Assembly (NCBI RefSeq): GCF_006345805.1
Contig: NC_042999.1
Span: 744,001 to 808,000, forward strand
Length of the DNA: 64,000 nt
Reading direction: 5' to 3'
Source of the DNA: Octopus sinensis
Lineage: Eukaryota
Shown here: one piece after another, positions 27,128 to 40,688 of the stretch
Layout: each line of letters starts with the position of its first letter
Position numbering within the stretch: position 1 is the stretch's first letter
Program-made: the position numbers and the translations under genes
The notes under the pieces: generated by a model
Database searches by the model: none
What the model saw: the letters and a program-made list of their open reading frames with translations, nothing else
Told to the model about the DNA's origin: nothing

Positions 27128-28329
27128 AAATGTACATACATATGTGTGTGCATGAGTGCGTGTGAGCGTGTGTGCGTGTAAGCGTGTGTGCGTGTGAGCG
27201 TGTGTGCGTTTGTGCAGGTGTGTATCTTTGTGACAGTCTCTCACCGCTGCTTCACAACTATGGTTGGTGTGTTTACGTCCCCGTAACTTAGCAGTTCGCC
27301 AAAAACCGATACATTGTGTACCAGTTTTAAAATATATATATATATGACGTAGATTCATTCGACTAAAAGTTCCTTTAGTCGGTGTGCGAATATGGCCTCA
27401 ATCTTATGATTGAGTCAAGTAGAAGAAAGTATGAAACAGAATTTGCTGTCATTTTCCTGATACAACCTTTCATTCTTTTTCCTTTGAGCAGATGCTCCAA
27501 TACATGGATGCTTTAAACCGCTGCCAAGCTCTCACCCTGTCATCAGCCAAACAAACTGATCATTATAATCATGTTTCCTACGTATAATATTCAGTTTGAT
27601 TTCGAAAAATCCTACAAAGATTACGAGGAGTTCTACTTTTCCTGAACCTACGTGTATTTATTCATACCATCCATCATCCTCTCTTCTGAAATGTATGTAG
27701 AAAACCCGTTCTCCTCTGGCCTATTCTCTTATAACTCACTTTGATCTACTCATTATTCTACCTGTGCAAAGTTTTTTCTCTTCAACTTTGAAATCCATGC
27801 CTTGCAGCTTGCAACGCATTGATTTTGGGACCCACTGGATCCTGTCAAACCCTCCAAAAAATGCCAACATGCATGGACACAAGGACATTAAACGACGACG
27901 ACGATGATAATGATGATGATGATGGTGAAAACAAACCAGACAAGTATCATAATTTTCCACTCTCAAAATAGTTGGAATTGATAATAATAATAAATTTAAA
28001 TATTGCCTCATATTGTATGCATTATCTCCTTTAGATATAATGTATCCACTCAAACCAAAATAAATAACAAAATTTAGAGCATGAAAATGAAGGAAGCAGA
28101 CGATATATAATAGGCACAACAAAATCATTATTAACATCATCAAGATCATTCTACTGATACAGTCACTAGTTGGAGTAACACTCTAGGCCAGCGGTTCCCA
28201 AAATGGGCGATATTCCCCCCTGGGGGCAGTGGAAAGTTCCAGTGGGGTGTTGAAGAAACGTGGGCTGATAATGGCGTAGCGATTCATGTAAAAACAACAA
28301 AATAATGGGTTTCTTTAGGTTATATTTTA

Positions 28330-29611
28330 CGAGGGACGTTCAATAAGTAATGCCTCTGACCCACTTGCAGTTGTTTGATCTAGCTGAAATTTTGCATGTG
28401 CAATCATTTATATCTCTATAAAGTAAGTAGCAAATTACAGCTCTGAATTAATTGTGGTTTCGGATTTACAGGTGTTTGAACCGAGGCAAGTGTGAAATGG
28501 AGCCTGTTGAGTGTCGAGCAGTGATCCGGTTTTTGTATTTGAAAGGACGCACACCACGGGAGACTTTTGATGAAATGAAAGTAACTTATGGTGATGATGC
28601 CCCATCATATGACCTTGTAAAACGTTGGCATCAGGAATTCAAACATGGTCGGAACTCTGTGGAAACAGCTCCCAGATATGGTCGCCCCCTTCTGCCATTC
28701 ATGAGGCATCTGTCCGTCAAGTTGAGGCTGCCATTTTGGAAGATCGACGCATAATTATTCGCCAAATAGCCCATGAGGTCAAGATTAGTACCGGGTCTGT
28801 GGAAACTATCATTCATGACCATTTGCATATGCAAAAGGTGTCTGCCAGATGGATTCCCAGGTTGCTCACGCCTTTCCAGAAGCAAGAACGCGTCGAGTGC
28901 TCGAGGGTGAATTTGTAGATGTGCCAAGAAGATGAGTCAAAATTTTTCAAAAGACTGATTACACAGGATGAAACCTGGGTCCATCACGATGATCCAGAGA
29001 CCAAAGCCCAGTCAATGCAGTGGAAGTGACTCACCCCCTCCAAAGAAGGCAAGGGTGCAGCCCTCCGCTGGCAAGGTCATGCTCACAGTCTTCTGGGACC
29101 AGGACGGAGTAGTGATGACAGATTTCCTGGCAAAGGGTACCACAATTGCAGGAGCCTATTATGCTTCACTTTTGAGGAAATTAAGAGAAGTTATCAAAAT
29201 CAAGAGGTGGGGCAAGATCAGCAAAGGCATCCTCCTCCTGCAGGACAACGCTCCGGTCCACAACTCGCTTGTCGCCAGATAAGAAGCACAGGCGTATGGC
29301 TATGAACTCCTCCCCATCCCCCACTTTCTGACCTTGCACCCTCTGATTTTCACTCTTCCCAATCATGAAGTTGTTTTTGAAAGGAAAGCGTTTCCCAGAT
29401 GATGCAGCCTTGATTTCTGAAGTCACGTTGAGGTTGGAGGACCAAGCTGGGTTCTTCTACAAAAACGGTCTCCAGAGCCGCATCAAACGATGGGAAAAAT
29501 GCGTAACTCTGGGTGGTTCCTATGTAGAAAAAGACTAATAACTGTGCCAAGTTTCGTTGCTCTACTTCTATGGGAAGTGGGTCAGGGGCATTACTTATTG
29601 AACGTCCCTCG
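28330..29611 (+). mobile_element. Full-length mariner transposon (1282 bp)
   Basis: 37-bp TIR CGAGGGACGTTCAATAAGTAATGCC(T/C)CTGACCCACTT with 1 mismatch; TA TSD on both sides. Confidence 0.95.
28497..29538 (+). pseudogene. Mariner DD34D-type transposase, disrupted
   Basis: MEPVECRAVIRFLYLKG start, WIPRLL, ITQDETW, LLQDNA, DLAPSDF, ...RWEKCVTLGGSYVEKD*; several frameshifts and stops. N-terminus recalls the irritans (Himar1-like) subfamily. Confidence 0.9.
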
Positions 29612-29746
29612 TATTTGTGAAACACAGTTGCTTTGAATTTGCTTCAGAAAAAGGTCTACGTTTGTGATGGTTAGTTGGGATGGGGGCACTAGGAACGTGT
29701 CAAGGGGGTGGTAGCCCGAAAAAGTTTAGAAACCACTGCTCTAGAC

Positions 29747-29960
29747 GCTTCGACGATTCCAGAGTCAGCCGTCGTCACTGGCATCTGTTCTCTGTCATAG
29801 ATAGAAGTTTCGCTGAGCCGTGACCTGTCCAGTTCTTTGCCTGCTGCTCTTTCTACTCCCTGAACTGTGCCCTTAGGAGTGGTTTCGGACAGGATACATA
29901 ACTGTACCGGACAAGCTTTCGTTTTTTTTACCTGCGTAAGGAATGATTCCTGTCCGTCAC
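29747..29960 (-). pseudogene. RTE-like LINE ORF C-terminal remnant
   Basis: Minus translation fragments GQESFLTQVKK/RKL, KGTVQG, WTG...AKLLSMTENRCQ*RRL. Confidence 0.5.
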
Positions 29961-30022
29961 ATTAAATATCAGATAAACCATGTAGTCCCAGGTGAGCTTG
30001 GAGGACATAAAAAATCATCGAA

Positions 30023-30435
30023 TGCGGCGAGCTGGCGGAAACGTTAGCACGCCGGGCGAAATGCTTTCTGGTATTTCGTCCGCCGCTGCCTTCTGAGTTC
30101 AAATTCCGCCGAGGTCGACTTTACCTTTCATCCTTTCGGGGTCGATAAATTAAGTACCAGTTACGCACTGGGGTCGATATAATCGACTCAATCCGTTTGT
30201 CTGTCCTTGTTTGTCCTCTCTGTGTTTAGCCCCTTGTGGGTAGTAAAGAAATAGGTATTTCGTCTGCCGTTACGTCTTCAGTTCAAATTCCGCCGAGGTC
30301 GACTTTGCCTTTCATCCTTTCGGGGTCGATTAAATAAGTACCAGTTACGCACTGGGGTCGATATAATCGACTTGATCCGTTTGTCTATCCTTGTTTGTCC
30401 CTTCTGTGTTTAGCCCCTTGTGGGTAGTAAAGTAA
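30023..30435 (+). mobile_element. SINE family B dimer
   Basis: Head GCGGCGAGCTGGCGGAAACG plus two bodies. Confidence 0.9.
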
Positions 30436-31285
30436 CAGGAAGACTTAAAAATATCGATGTAAGTGTATACTTTATACGAGGATGAAAAGTATAGAATATT
30501 TCAAATAAATGCATAGAAAGTGCCCAAATATAATGAATAAAGCCGAAACAGGTCATATATAGAACAAACAACTTTAAGTCGACTCCTTTAGAATCCTCTA
30601 TGATTGTTGGGTTGGTACACTCTAAATTAGTAGTTTTTTTTTTTCTGCAGCTTTAACTATATGAGAGAATAATCCTTCATTGAAAAATAATGGTAGTCTA
30701 TTGTTGGAAACATTTCCTGAGGTCGCTGTAGTTCTTCTTGACAGCTTGGTGAAGTGAAGCGAATAGAATTACATGCTGTTCTGCTAGAAAGACGACAGCA
30801 TATAGTTGCTATGATTAACGAATAATAGTAATTGTCAACTAAAAAATGATAAATTATAAAAGATTGGCAGAGTATAAAGCCAGATGATAACCAAAATATT
30901 AAAACAAAATATCTGTAGATCTCGTAGGCCATAAATGAAAGAAAAAGTGTAGATTGAAATATAAATATATAGTTCTAACATTTTGCTCTGTCATGTAAGC
31001 TCCAAATTTTTTTTTTTTATTCGAACGTTTAATTCAATATTATATATTATTCCTGACAGTCTCAAGAATATCTGTTGGCACAGCAATAATGAGTTCTTTC
31101 AGAGAAATAAAAAAATCTCTATAAAGATAAGAAACTCCAACATTTATGGCCTTCTTTGGGTTTTTTTTCTTTTTCACAATTCATGCGGTTATAGTTTTCT
31201 GGTCTTCTGCTACTTCTCAATATAATTATGATTTATACAGGAGTTAAATAGCAGTCATATTTAGATTACAGTTAATATATATATA

Positions 31286-31358
<73 letters not shown>

Positions 31359-33321
31359 ATATAAAATATATATATATAATATATATATATATGTGTGTGT
31401 GTGTGGTGTGTGTGTGGTGTGTGTGTTGTTGTAAGTATGTATGTATGGTATATATATATATGTATATATATATGTATATATACATAATTATATATATATG
31501 CACGCACACACACACACATATATATATCACATGCAGAGACGTATAGAGCATTTCTGTATACGCACATATTTAAAGACACATATATGCAGATTGCCGGGTA
31601 CGTATATAGATACCGAAACACGATCTTATGAAACATTTATTTCCGATTATCATGCTCAAACACTGATGTACATGCCGGCGTATACATGCATGTATGTATG
31701 TATTTGTATTGTTTGTATGTGTATAGAGATGTGTGTCTGTGTGCGCGTGGGTATATTGATGTAAAGATTTACGTGAATCTCACAAAGAGAAAAATACACA
31801 CGCATACACACATATAGCCATACAAAATTTCTCAGGGAAAAACATATGCATATACATACATACATACATACATACATATACATACATTCATACATACATG
31901 CATACATACATGCATACATGCATACATACATATATACATACATACATAAATGTATACATACATGCTGCATGCATACATACATACATACATATTTACATAC
32001 ATATATACATGCATGCATACATACATATATACATGCATGTATACATACATGCATACATACATGCATGCATACATACATACATGCGTATATACCTGCATGC
32101 ACACATACATAAATACATACATGCATACATATATACATAATACATGCATACATGTATGCATACACACTTATACATGTGTGTGTATATACATATATATGTA
32201 TATGTGTATATATACATATATGTATACTTATACGTATATACGCACATACATGCACACAAGCACACAAACATACACACACACACACATATATATATAGATG
32301 TATATATAATATATATATATATATATTATATATATATATAATATGCAAATATATGTGTAAGATGTAACAAATTCAGAACATATGCTACCTTGAATCGCAT
32401 ACATACATTACGAATCACAGATACCAGAGTATACAGACGCGTGCACGCTTACATACACGCTCACTATTGCCGAAACAAGCTCATATACACATATTCACAC
32501 ACACACAAAAAAAAATACACATAACCAAAATATATTGTTCTGTAATTACATGAATTCTTGGTTATAAATTTTCTTGTTTTACATGTTTCTAGTATTTAAA
32601 AGTCTTTGTAACCTGCGAGCAATCTCAGATTTCATAATTAATTCCACAAATATAATCTTAACTACATTATCTCTTCCACTATAATCTTATTCTATTCTTG
32701 TTTTATCTCTGTTAATTACACCTTTCTAAATATACACCTGTACTTTCTAAATTGTCATTGCTATTTTAAATAATGGTGCCTCTTCTACGATGTTTTCTGT
32801 TTCAATCATTTGGTTGCTCTTTTCACAAAATGCTTTCATATTTAGTTTGACATTCTTTCGTTCTTATTTTATGCTTTGTCCTTTGAACAAACATAATTTC
32901 ATTAAAAATCTGTCATGTTTACGATCATATCTAAGATCACAAACCATAGTAATGCTGATGTTGTTGGTGTTGTTGTTGCTCTCGTTGTTATATATTTCTA
33001 TCTTAACATCTCCGCTCATGTATAAGTCAAAATTATTAAAACCTGCATAATAGTTATTAACGCAGGTGAGCCCGCGTCACAGATAACGTAACTGAGACTT
33101 AATCTGAAAGAAAAGCATTACAATTAAGCGTCAGAAAAAGCCTTACCTCTAACCATCTGCTCCTCCACTGCTTTACACAACTCAAGAAAGGCCCACAATG
33201 GAGTGGTATATTGCTTAATACATCTGGGACACCCATACTTCATGCAAATGTCGTAAAAGAATTTCCAAAAGAAGGACTTGCAAGTCTCCGGCAAATATAT
33301 CTTTAGTTATACATTAGAACA

Positions 33322-33731
33322 CTAAGGCGGTGAGCTGGCAGAGACGTTAGCACGCTGGACGAAATACTTAGCGGTATTTCGTGCCTCTACGTTCTGAGTT
33401 CAAATTCCGCCGAGGTTGACTTTACCTTTCATTCTTTCGGGGTCGATTAAATAAGTACCAGTTACGCACTGGGGTTGATGTAATCGACTTAATACCTATG
33501 TCTGTCCTTGTTTGTCCCCTCTGTGTTCAGCCACTTGTGGGTAGTAAAGAAATAGGTATTTCGTCTGCCGCTATGTTCTGAGTTCAAATTCCGCCGTGGT
33601 TGATTTTTTCCGTTTCATCTATCGGGGTCGATAAAATAAGTACCAATTCTGCACTGTGGTCGATGTTATCGACTTGCCTGTCCTTGTTTGTCCCCTCTAT
33701 GTTTAGCCCCTTGTGGGCAATAAAGAAATAC
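33322..33731 (+). mobile_element. SINE family B dimer
   Basis: 13-bp TSD ATACATTAGAACA at 33309-33321 and 33732-33744. Confidence 0.9.
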
Positions 33732-33742
33732 ATACATTAGAA

Positions 33743-33850
33743 CAGTAATTCTCAACCGGGGTCAATACAGCCATTTGGGGTCCATATGAGATTTCTTTGG
33801 TAAAGTTTACGTACACTAAATTCTTTATATTTCAACAATACACGATTTAT
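33743..33850 (+). mobile_element. hAT/Charlie MITE left end
   Basis: CAGTAATTCTCAACCGGGG...GGGGTCCATATGAGA, similar to the element at 61339. Confidence 0.5.
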
Positions 33851-33855
33851 TTTAT

Positions 33856-34006
33856 GGCTGTGTGGCAAGTAGCTTGCTTACAAACCACATGGTTCCGGGT
33901 TCAGTCCCACTGCGTGGCACCTTGGGCAAGTGTCTTCTCCTATGGCCTCGGGCCGACCAAAGTCGCGTGAGTGGATTTGGTAGACGAAAACTGAAAGAAA
34001 CCCGTC
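33856..34006 (+). mobile_element. SINE family A head
   Basis: Matches the family A 5' half. Confidence 0.85.
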
Positions 34007-34010
34007 CTAA

Positions 34011-34042
<32 letters not shown>

Positions 34043-34914
34043 GCATGTGTGTATATATGATGCAGAGGAGGAGATGAAGAAGGAGGTTGCTGTTAGATTA
34101 TTAGGGGCAGACGTAGTGGCTATTTTGAGCAGTTCGACCATTGACTCCTCCACTCACTGGTCAATATCTTTACAATGTTGTTCGGTAATGCAGCTCAGTC
34201 GTATGTTGAAATGAATTTCAATTCTAATTGTAATAGCAGTGATTCCCTTGCTGTCAATTTTACTAATGACGCTGTTGGTATGCGACGATGTCAGAATTAA
34301 ATAAATATGTTTCTAGAATATTCAGCAAGTCATTTCCAAATCACCTGTCTCTAGTAATCTTGCCAATCTATTTGATCTCATAATTTCCATTCCTCACGAA
34401 ACTTATATACATGCTTTTATTTGCCAAAATTCTTCACACAATAATATATATCTTTTAACATGTTGAATGGGACTGAAGTAACACTAATCGATAACATTAT
34501 TATTTGATAGAATAATAAACAATAATTACCTATAAAACTTTTATGTGAACAATCATTGCATTACTTATTCATATCTCTCTTTTCTAACTGTCGTATGACA
34601 TATTCAATGGTGTAAAGCCGTTATGTGATTTTCTCGCGCGATTGCCAGATGAACTTACTACATGAGTTTGACCAATCAATTTGTACTTTAATGGATAGTG
34701 TCCTCAGCCACGTTCCTACTTTTAAAAGAAACTATTTTCATAACGTGGTTGTATACTGTCAACTGAACGTGACAGTAAGGGGGGGGATGGGGGCATTACA
34801 CCACCACTGTTTAGCTCTAGGAAGCATCGACGCTCCCTGTCGGCCTTGACACATTTCCTGTGTTCTTATATATTTACGAAGGGGATACAAATACCCCCAA
34901 CAGCTAGGCCTGCA

Positions 34915-34961
34915 TCTAGAGACACGCATGTTTCAGGGTCTTTGCCCATCATCGGTCTAGA
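34915..34961 (-). ncRNA. Type I hammerhead ribozyme (U4>C variant), complete three-helix junction
   Basis: TCTAGA-CCGATGA-T-GGG-CAAAGA-CCC-T-GAAA-CA-TGCG-TG-TC-TCTAGA; GUC site, 6-bp helix I. Confidence 0.75.
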
Positions 34962-35792
34962 GTAGCAGAGGCCTGCTAGCTGAAGAAATCTGTCTAGACT
35001 TCGTAAATATATATATAAATATTTCAGTGAAGTTTATTCACTGATCACCAATATTTCTGATTATTTTTACAACGATGGCCAATATAGACATACATCGAGA
35101 CACAGATCCACATACTGTACACTTTTGAAAATATAACCTTAAACTGGTAAAGTGTATTCCTTTAATAAAATATAGTGGAATTCTAATAAATCCTGAAATA
35201 TTTACTGCGCATTTGCCACTTTATTTCTTTTGTACCATGGATTCGAATACACGCTGCCTCATTACGAATATCAAGTTAAATATTAACAGCAGCTTGATCA
35301 TGTACCCAGCCGAGTTCTTATCCAATCAACAACTCGTTTTCACGTGATAGTTTCTCAAGAGCATTCTCGAAGCTTTCATAAACATAACCTACAAACACAT
35401 TTGATTCTTGACGCCATTTGCAGAGTGTTAAAGAAATCGGTCCCGAACGGTGTCTTCACTTTGTGCCAAACTCCAGTGTATTCTTGAGTACGTTGCGACT
35501 ACACAGCCATTCTAATAACATATGCGATCGTAAGGTGGACATGACAAGAAATAAGTGGAAATTTTACCGGTGTGTGTGTTAACTTATAAGGCACTAAAAG
35601 AGAATGACTCACTCTAGATACAACAGAATATGCTTCAACACACCAACTCACATAAAGAATCTTGCAAACCAAATCAAAAAACGAATATATATATATACAG
35701 TTAATCCAAACAAGACAGCACAAAAAAACACAACAACGCGAGGACGTGGAACAAATATAGTATTATTGGACGCTCAGGAAAGAAGGAAGGTT

Positions 35793-35820
35793 TAACGTTC
35801 CGAGTGGAGCTCTTCGTCGG
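35793..35820 (-). other. Degenerate minimal HHR-like motif in a short repeat (~35697-35858)
   Basis: CCGACGA-A-GAG-CTCCA-CTC-GGAA-CG-TTA. Confidence 0.4.
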
Positions 35821-35956
35821 AAACATAGGAGAAGGAAAGATCCAGAGAAGGGAAGACAATCGATTCAGTTGAATATGGTAATTAAGTTTGTGACGTTGGT
35901 AAATGGAATAACTATAAAAATGAGTCTTTTCAATTTAACTAAATTCTATATTTGTA

Positions 35957-36044
35957 TGCAGCTGAAGATTGCTCTACATTTTAAAACCGATGTAAAACTT
36001 GCATTGTTTAATTAAATGATGTCGCATGAAACGATTGCACTGCA
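35957..36044 (+). ncRNA. Type I HHR-like motif with long loop II, cleavage triplet mutated
   Basis: TGCAG-CTGAAGA-T-TGC-(~50 nt)-GCA-T-GAAA-C-GATT-G-CA-CTGCA; perfect 5-bp helix I, GCA in place of GUA. Confidence 0.55.
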
Positions 36045-36073
36045 CTACCTTTGGATATCCTTGTTGCTTATTT

Positions 36074-36113
<40 letters not shown>

Positions 36114-36654
36114 GTATGTATGTATGTATATATATATAACAAGTGGTATTCTGATAGCCTAATGAATTCTGTTTGTATTTTTACTTATAAAGTATAAAGT
36201 TGCTGGCCATTGTATTATCACATTATTATTATCAATAACGGTAATGAAACCTATTTAATTATATATATTATATATGTATATACACATTACGTTAAAACCA
36301 GCCCAGTGTTAAGCTTTTGATAGTCCGTCCTTTGCACTTTCTATTACGCCATTTTCCTCTCGCAAATTCAACTTGTATATTGAAATACTTGAACATCTTT
36401 TCATGACTGGTGCAACGTAATACACCATGTTTAAATATTTGGCTGGTGTTTTCTGGTAATCGTACGCAGTTTACGAAGAACTAACCAACATCTCATCCCA
36501 GCAACAGACTTTTGGAAAGCTAATATGGTGACAGGTTACTTGGTTTTACATGGGAACGATACGCAGCTTAACTAAATATCCATTTCCCATCCATCCAAGC
36601 CTTACTTCTATTCCACTACTTGTTTGAATTAATAACATATAATAATAATAATAT

Positions 36655-36736
<82 letters not shown>

Positions 36737-36737
<1 letters not shown>

Positions 36738-37152
36738 GACCAGATATAGTTGTCAGAGACCATGAAGAAAAAAAAATGCTTTCTAATTGATGTATCAATA
36801 CCGGCAGATGACAACGTGTCTCTAAAAGAAATGGAGAAACTCTCAAAATACAAAGACCTGGAAATAGAGGTAACCAGAATGTGGAATCTGAAAATAGAAA
36901 CAATTCCTATCATAGTAGGTGCATTAGGCATGATAAAAAAATATTCAGATAAATACATAACAAAAACACCAGGACTTACAAACACATATAACATACAGAA
37001 AATTGCACTACTAGGCACTGCACACATCCTACGCAGAACACTTTCCATACAATAACCATCAGAGCATCACAACAAATCACAGCACATACCCAAGGCACAC
37101 AGAGCTGCGCTCGGTAGTGAAGTGAAAGCACGCTATAAAAATAAAACTACTG
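36737..37152 (+). mobile_element. 5'-truncated R4/Dong-clade non-LTR retrotransposon (restriction-like endonuclease end and 3' UTR)
   Basis: RPDIVVRD (frameshift in an A run) CFLIDVSIP.D.NV..KE.EKLSKYKDL...MW......IPIIVGALG...QK.ALLGTAHILR; embedded in (TAA)n, the known Dong target. Confidence 0.85.
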
Positions 37153-37455
37153 AATAACAATGATAATAATAATAATAATACATATATATAATATATATAT
37201 ATATGTATATATATATATATGTATTTTTGCATGTATGTACTCATGTATATCTTCATACATACTATTTCTTTATATATCTTCATACATACACACACGCGCG
37301 TGCACACACACACACACGCATAGGTGCTTGTATGTATGTAGATATAATTCTGAAATATAATATAATAACGTATAATGAAATTTAATGTAATATAATTAAT
37401 ATAGTATAATGAAATATAACGAAGTATATAATATAATCTAATACGTCTGGCTAAA

Positions 37456-37504
<49 letters not shown>

Positions 37505-38199
37505 AAATGTATGTATGTATATGTGTATATATATATATATGTATGTATATATTTTGATGATGTTGACGATGCGGATAATGGTTGTGGTGGTGGCGGTGGT
37601 TGTGGTCGTGGAGATGAGAATAATGAAAAGGATGCCGACGATTAATGAAGACGATGATGATATCTTCATTTTCTCGGTTCTTATCTTGGCACAAGGCCAG
37701 AAGATATTAGAGAAGTGAATTAAATTTCATTATCATTATCATCATCACCATCATCGTTATTATTAACGTGACGAGGTGGCAGAGTTGTTAGCACTACAGG
37801 ATAACATACTTAGTGGGCTTTCTTGCAGATTTCTGCGTTCAAATTCTGGCGAGGCCTATTTTACAATTCATCTTTTCAAGGGTGATAAATTACGCACAAC
37901 TTTAGCAAAGAAGTCAAGGTAACTTCACGCTTTATGTCAATAGTAGAAAATAATTTACCGTATTACCGTTATATATATATATATGGTGTTTGACAAGTTG
38001 TAGAGAAGAAAGAAAGTGCAAATAATAATGAAGAAATAAAAGGATTTTTTAAAAATTAGACGACTTTTTACTCAATATATATATATATATATATACTTAC
38101 ACATAGTTCAAATAAACGAATAAAAATGAGTAAAAACGGAAAACATGAGGACGTGCACAAAAAAAGCAGGAGTTTGAAGCTGGGCGAAAGGAGAGAGTT

Positions 38200-38227
38200 T
38201 GACGTTTCAAGTATAGCTCTTCGTCGG
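38200..38227 (-). ncRNA. Minimal HHR-like motif in a short repeat (~38103-38275)
   Basis: TTT-CCGACGA-A-GAG-CTATA-CTT-GAAA-CG-TC-AAA. Confidence 0.45.
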
Positions 38228-38279
38228 AAAGAAGGAAAAGAAACGTCCAAAGAGGGACGTCCATCGGCACATGTGTAGT

Positions 38280-38323
<44 letters not shown>

Positions 38324-38432
38324 ATATGTATATATATATACATACGTACATACATATTTATGTATATCTATAGTTATATACATATATATACGTATATATA
38401 TGTATGTATATATACATATATATATATATAAT

Positions 38433-38463
<31 letters not shown>

Positions 38464-38482
38464 TAATTATATATATACATAC

Positions 38483-38885
38483 GCGCAGGAGTGGCTGTGT
38501 GGTAAGTAGCTTGCTAACCAACCACATGGTTCCGGGTTCAGTCCCACTGCGTGGCATCTTGGGCAAGTGTCTTCTGCTATAGCCCCGGGCCGACCAATAC
38601 CTTGTGAGTGGATTTGGTAGACGGAAACTGAAAGAAGACTGTCGTATATATGTATATATATATGTGTGTGTGTGTGAGTTTGTGTTTCTGTGTTTGTCCC
38701 CCTAGAATTGCTTGACAACCGATGCTGGTGTGTTTATGTCCCCGTTACTTAGCGGTTCGGCAAAAAGAGACCGATTGAATAAGTACTGGGCTTACGAAAA
38801 GAATAAGTCCCGGGGTCGACTTGCTCGATTAAAGGCGGTGCTCCAGCTTGGCTGCAGTCAAATGACTGAAACAAGTAATAGAGAG
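38483..38885 (+). mobile_element. SINE family A, full-length
   Basis: Head to tail colinear with 54611-55031. Confidence 0.9.
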
Positions 38886-38887
38886 AG

Positions 38888-38918
<31 letters not shown>

Positions 38919-39288
38919 CTTACATACGTATATATATATATAAATAGATTATATATATATATATATATACTTACATACGTATATATATATATAATAGATA
39001 GATATATAGATAGATATATAGATAGATATATAGATAGATATATAGATAGATATATAGATAGATAATAGATAGATAGATAGACAGACAAACAGCCGGATAG
39101 ATTGATAAGTAGATACTACATAGATAGATAAATGAGAATTATTTGAAGTGTTTCTCATATATACATACATATACACACACACAGACACACCACACACACA
39201 CACATATATATATGTATATATATATACATACGTACATACATATTTATGTATATCTATAGTTATATACATATATATACGTATATATATG

Positions 39289-39368
<80 letters not shown>

Positions 39369-39375
39369 TACATAC

Positions 39376-39778
39376 GCGCAGGAGTGGCTGTGTGGTAAGT
39401 AGCTTGCTAACCAACCACATGGTTCCGGGTTCAGTCCCACTGTGTGGCATCTTGGGCAAGTGTCTTCTGCTATAGCCCCGGGCCGACCAATACCTTGTGA
39501 GTGGATTTGGTAGACGGAAACTGAAAGAAGACTGTCGTATATATGTATATATATATGTGTGTGTGTGTGAGTTTGTGTTTCTGTGTTTGTCCCCCTAGAA
39601 TTGCTTGACAACCGATGCTGGTGTGTTTATGTCCCCGTTACTTAGCGGTTCGGCAAAAAGAGACCGATTGAATAAGTACTGGGCTTACGAAAAGAATAAG
39701 TCCCGGGGTCGACTTGCTCGATTAAAGGCGGTGCTCCAGCTTGGCTGCAGTCAAATGACTGAAACAAGTAATAGAGAG
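39376..39778 (+). mobile_element. SINE family A, full-length (duplicate of 38483)
   Basis: Shares the diagnostic variants of the 38483 copy. Confidence 0.9.
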
Positions 39779-39780
39779 AG

Positions 39781-39811
<31 letters not shown>

Positions 39812-39923
39812 CTTACATACGTATATATATATATAAATAGATTATATATATATATATATACTTACATACGTATATATATATATAGATAGATATATAGATA
39901 GATAATAGATAGATACATAGATT

Positions 39924-39957
<34 letters not shown>

Positions 39958-40638
39958 CAGACAAACAGCCGGATAGATTGATAAGTAGATACTACATAGA
40001 TAGATAAATGAGAATTATTTGAAGTGTTTCTCATATATACATACATATACACACACACAGACACACCACACACACACACATTATACATATATAAATAGGC
40101 TTATATATGCGTGTATATATGTATGTATATATTGATTGATTGATTGATAGATTGATTGATTGATTGATTGATTTACTGATTCAGTCTTTAAGAAGCAGTG
40201 AAGTTTGTAGATGAAACTGAGAATGGCAATTTGTGAGCTTTCGATATTCTACGGTATTGGATTATTTTATTGTATTGAGTTAGATTCTTCTGTGGATTGC
40301 TTAAGCTTCTCTCTACGTCCTTCGCATATACATACATACATGCTTACGCACATGCATGAATGCATACTTACATATGTGCATACATATATATATACACATT
40401 AGCATGAAAATATATATTTACACAAACACACACACATATATGTATATATGTTTGGGTATATACATATATTTATATATATATATATATATATGCACATATA
40501 CATATATACATATGTATATATGTGTATTTATGTATATATATATATATACATGTGTATATATACATATATATATATATGAGTTTGCATGCGTATGATATAC
40601 ATACACATTCATATGAATATATGTCTTGGGATGTGTGC

Positions 40639-40688
<50 letters not shown>

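Larger units (their letters stand above)
28189..29738. mobile_element. hAT/Charlie-like MITE hosting a mariner
   Basis: TIRs CAGCGGTTCCCAAA / TTTAGAAACCACTG; TSD CTCTAGGC / CTCTAGAC (Charlie NTCTAGAN target). Confidence 0.85.
38281..40080. repeat. ~893-bp near-identical tandem duplication
   Basis: Family A SINEs start at 38483 and 39376; identical ORF starts at 38712 and 39605. Confidence 0.9.

Noticed and set aside
30657-30932. 91-aa minus-strand ORF with a hydrophobic N-terminus
   Set aside because: Hydrophobicity is explained by T-richness; no homology or splice support visible. A strong plus-strand acceptor at ~30650 has stops in all frames.
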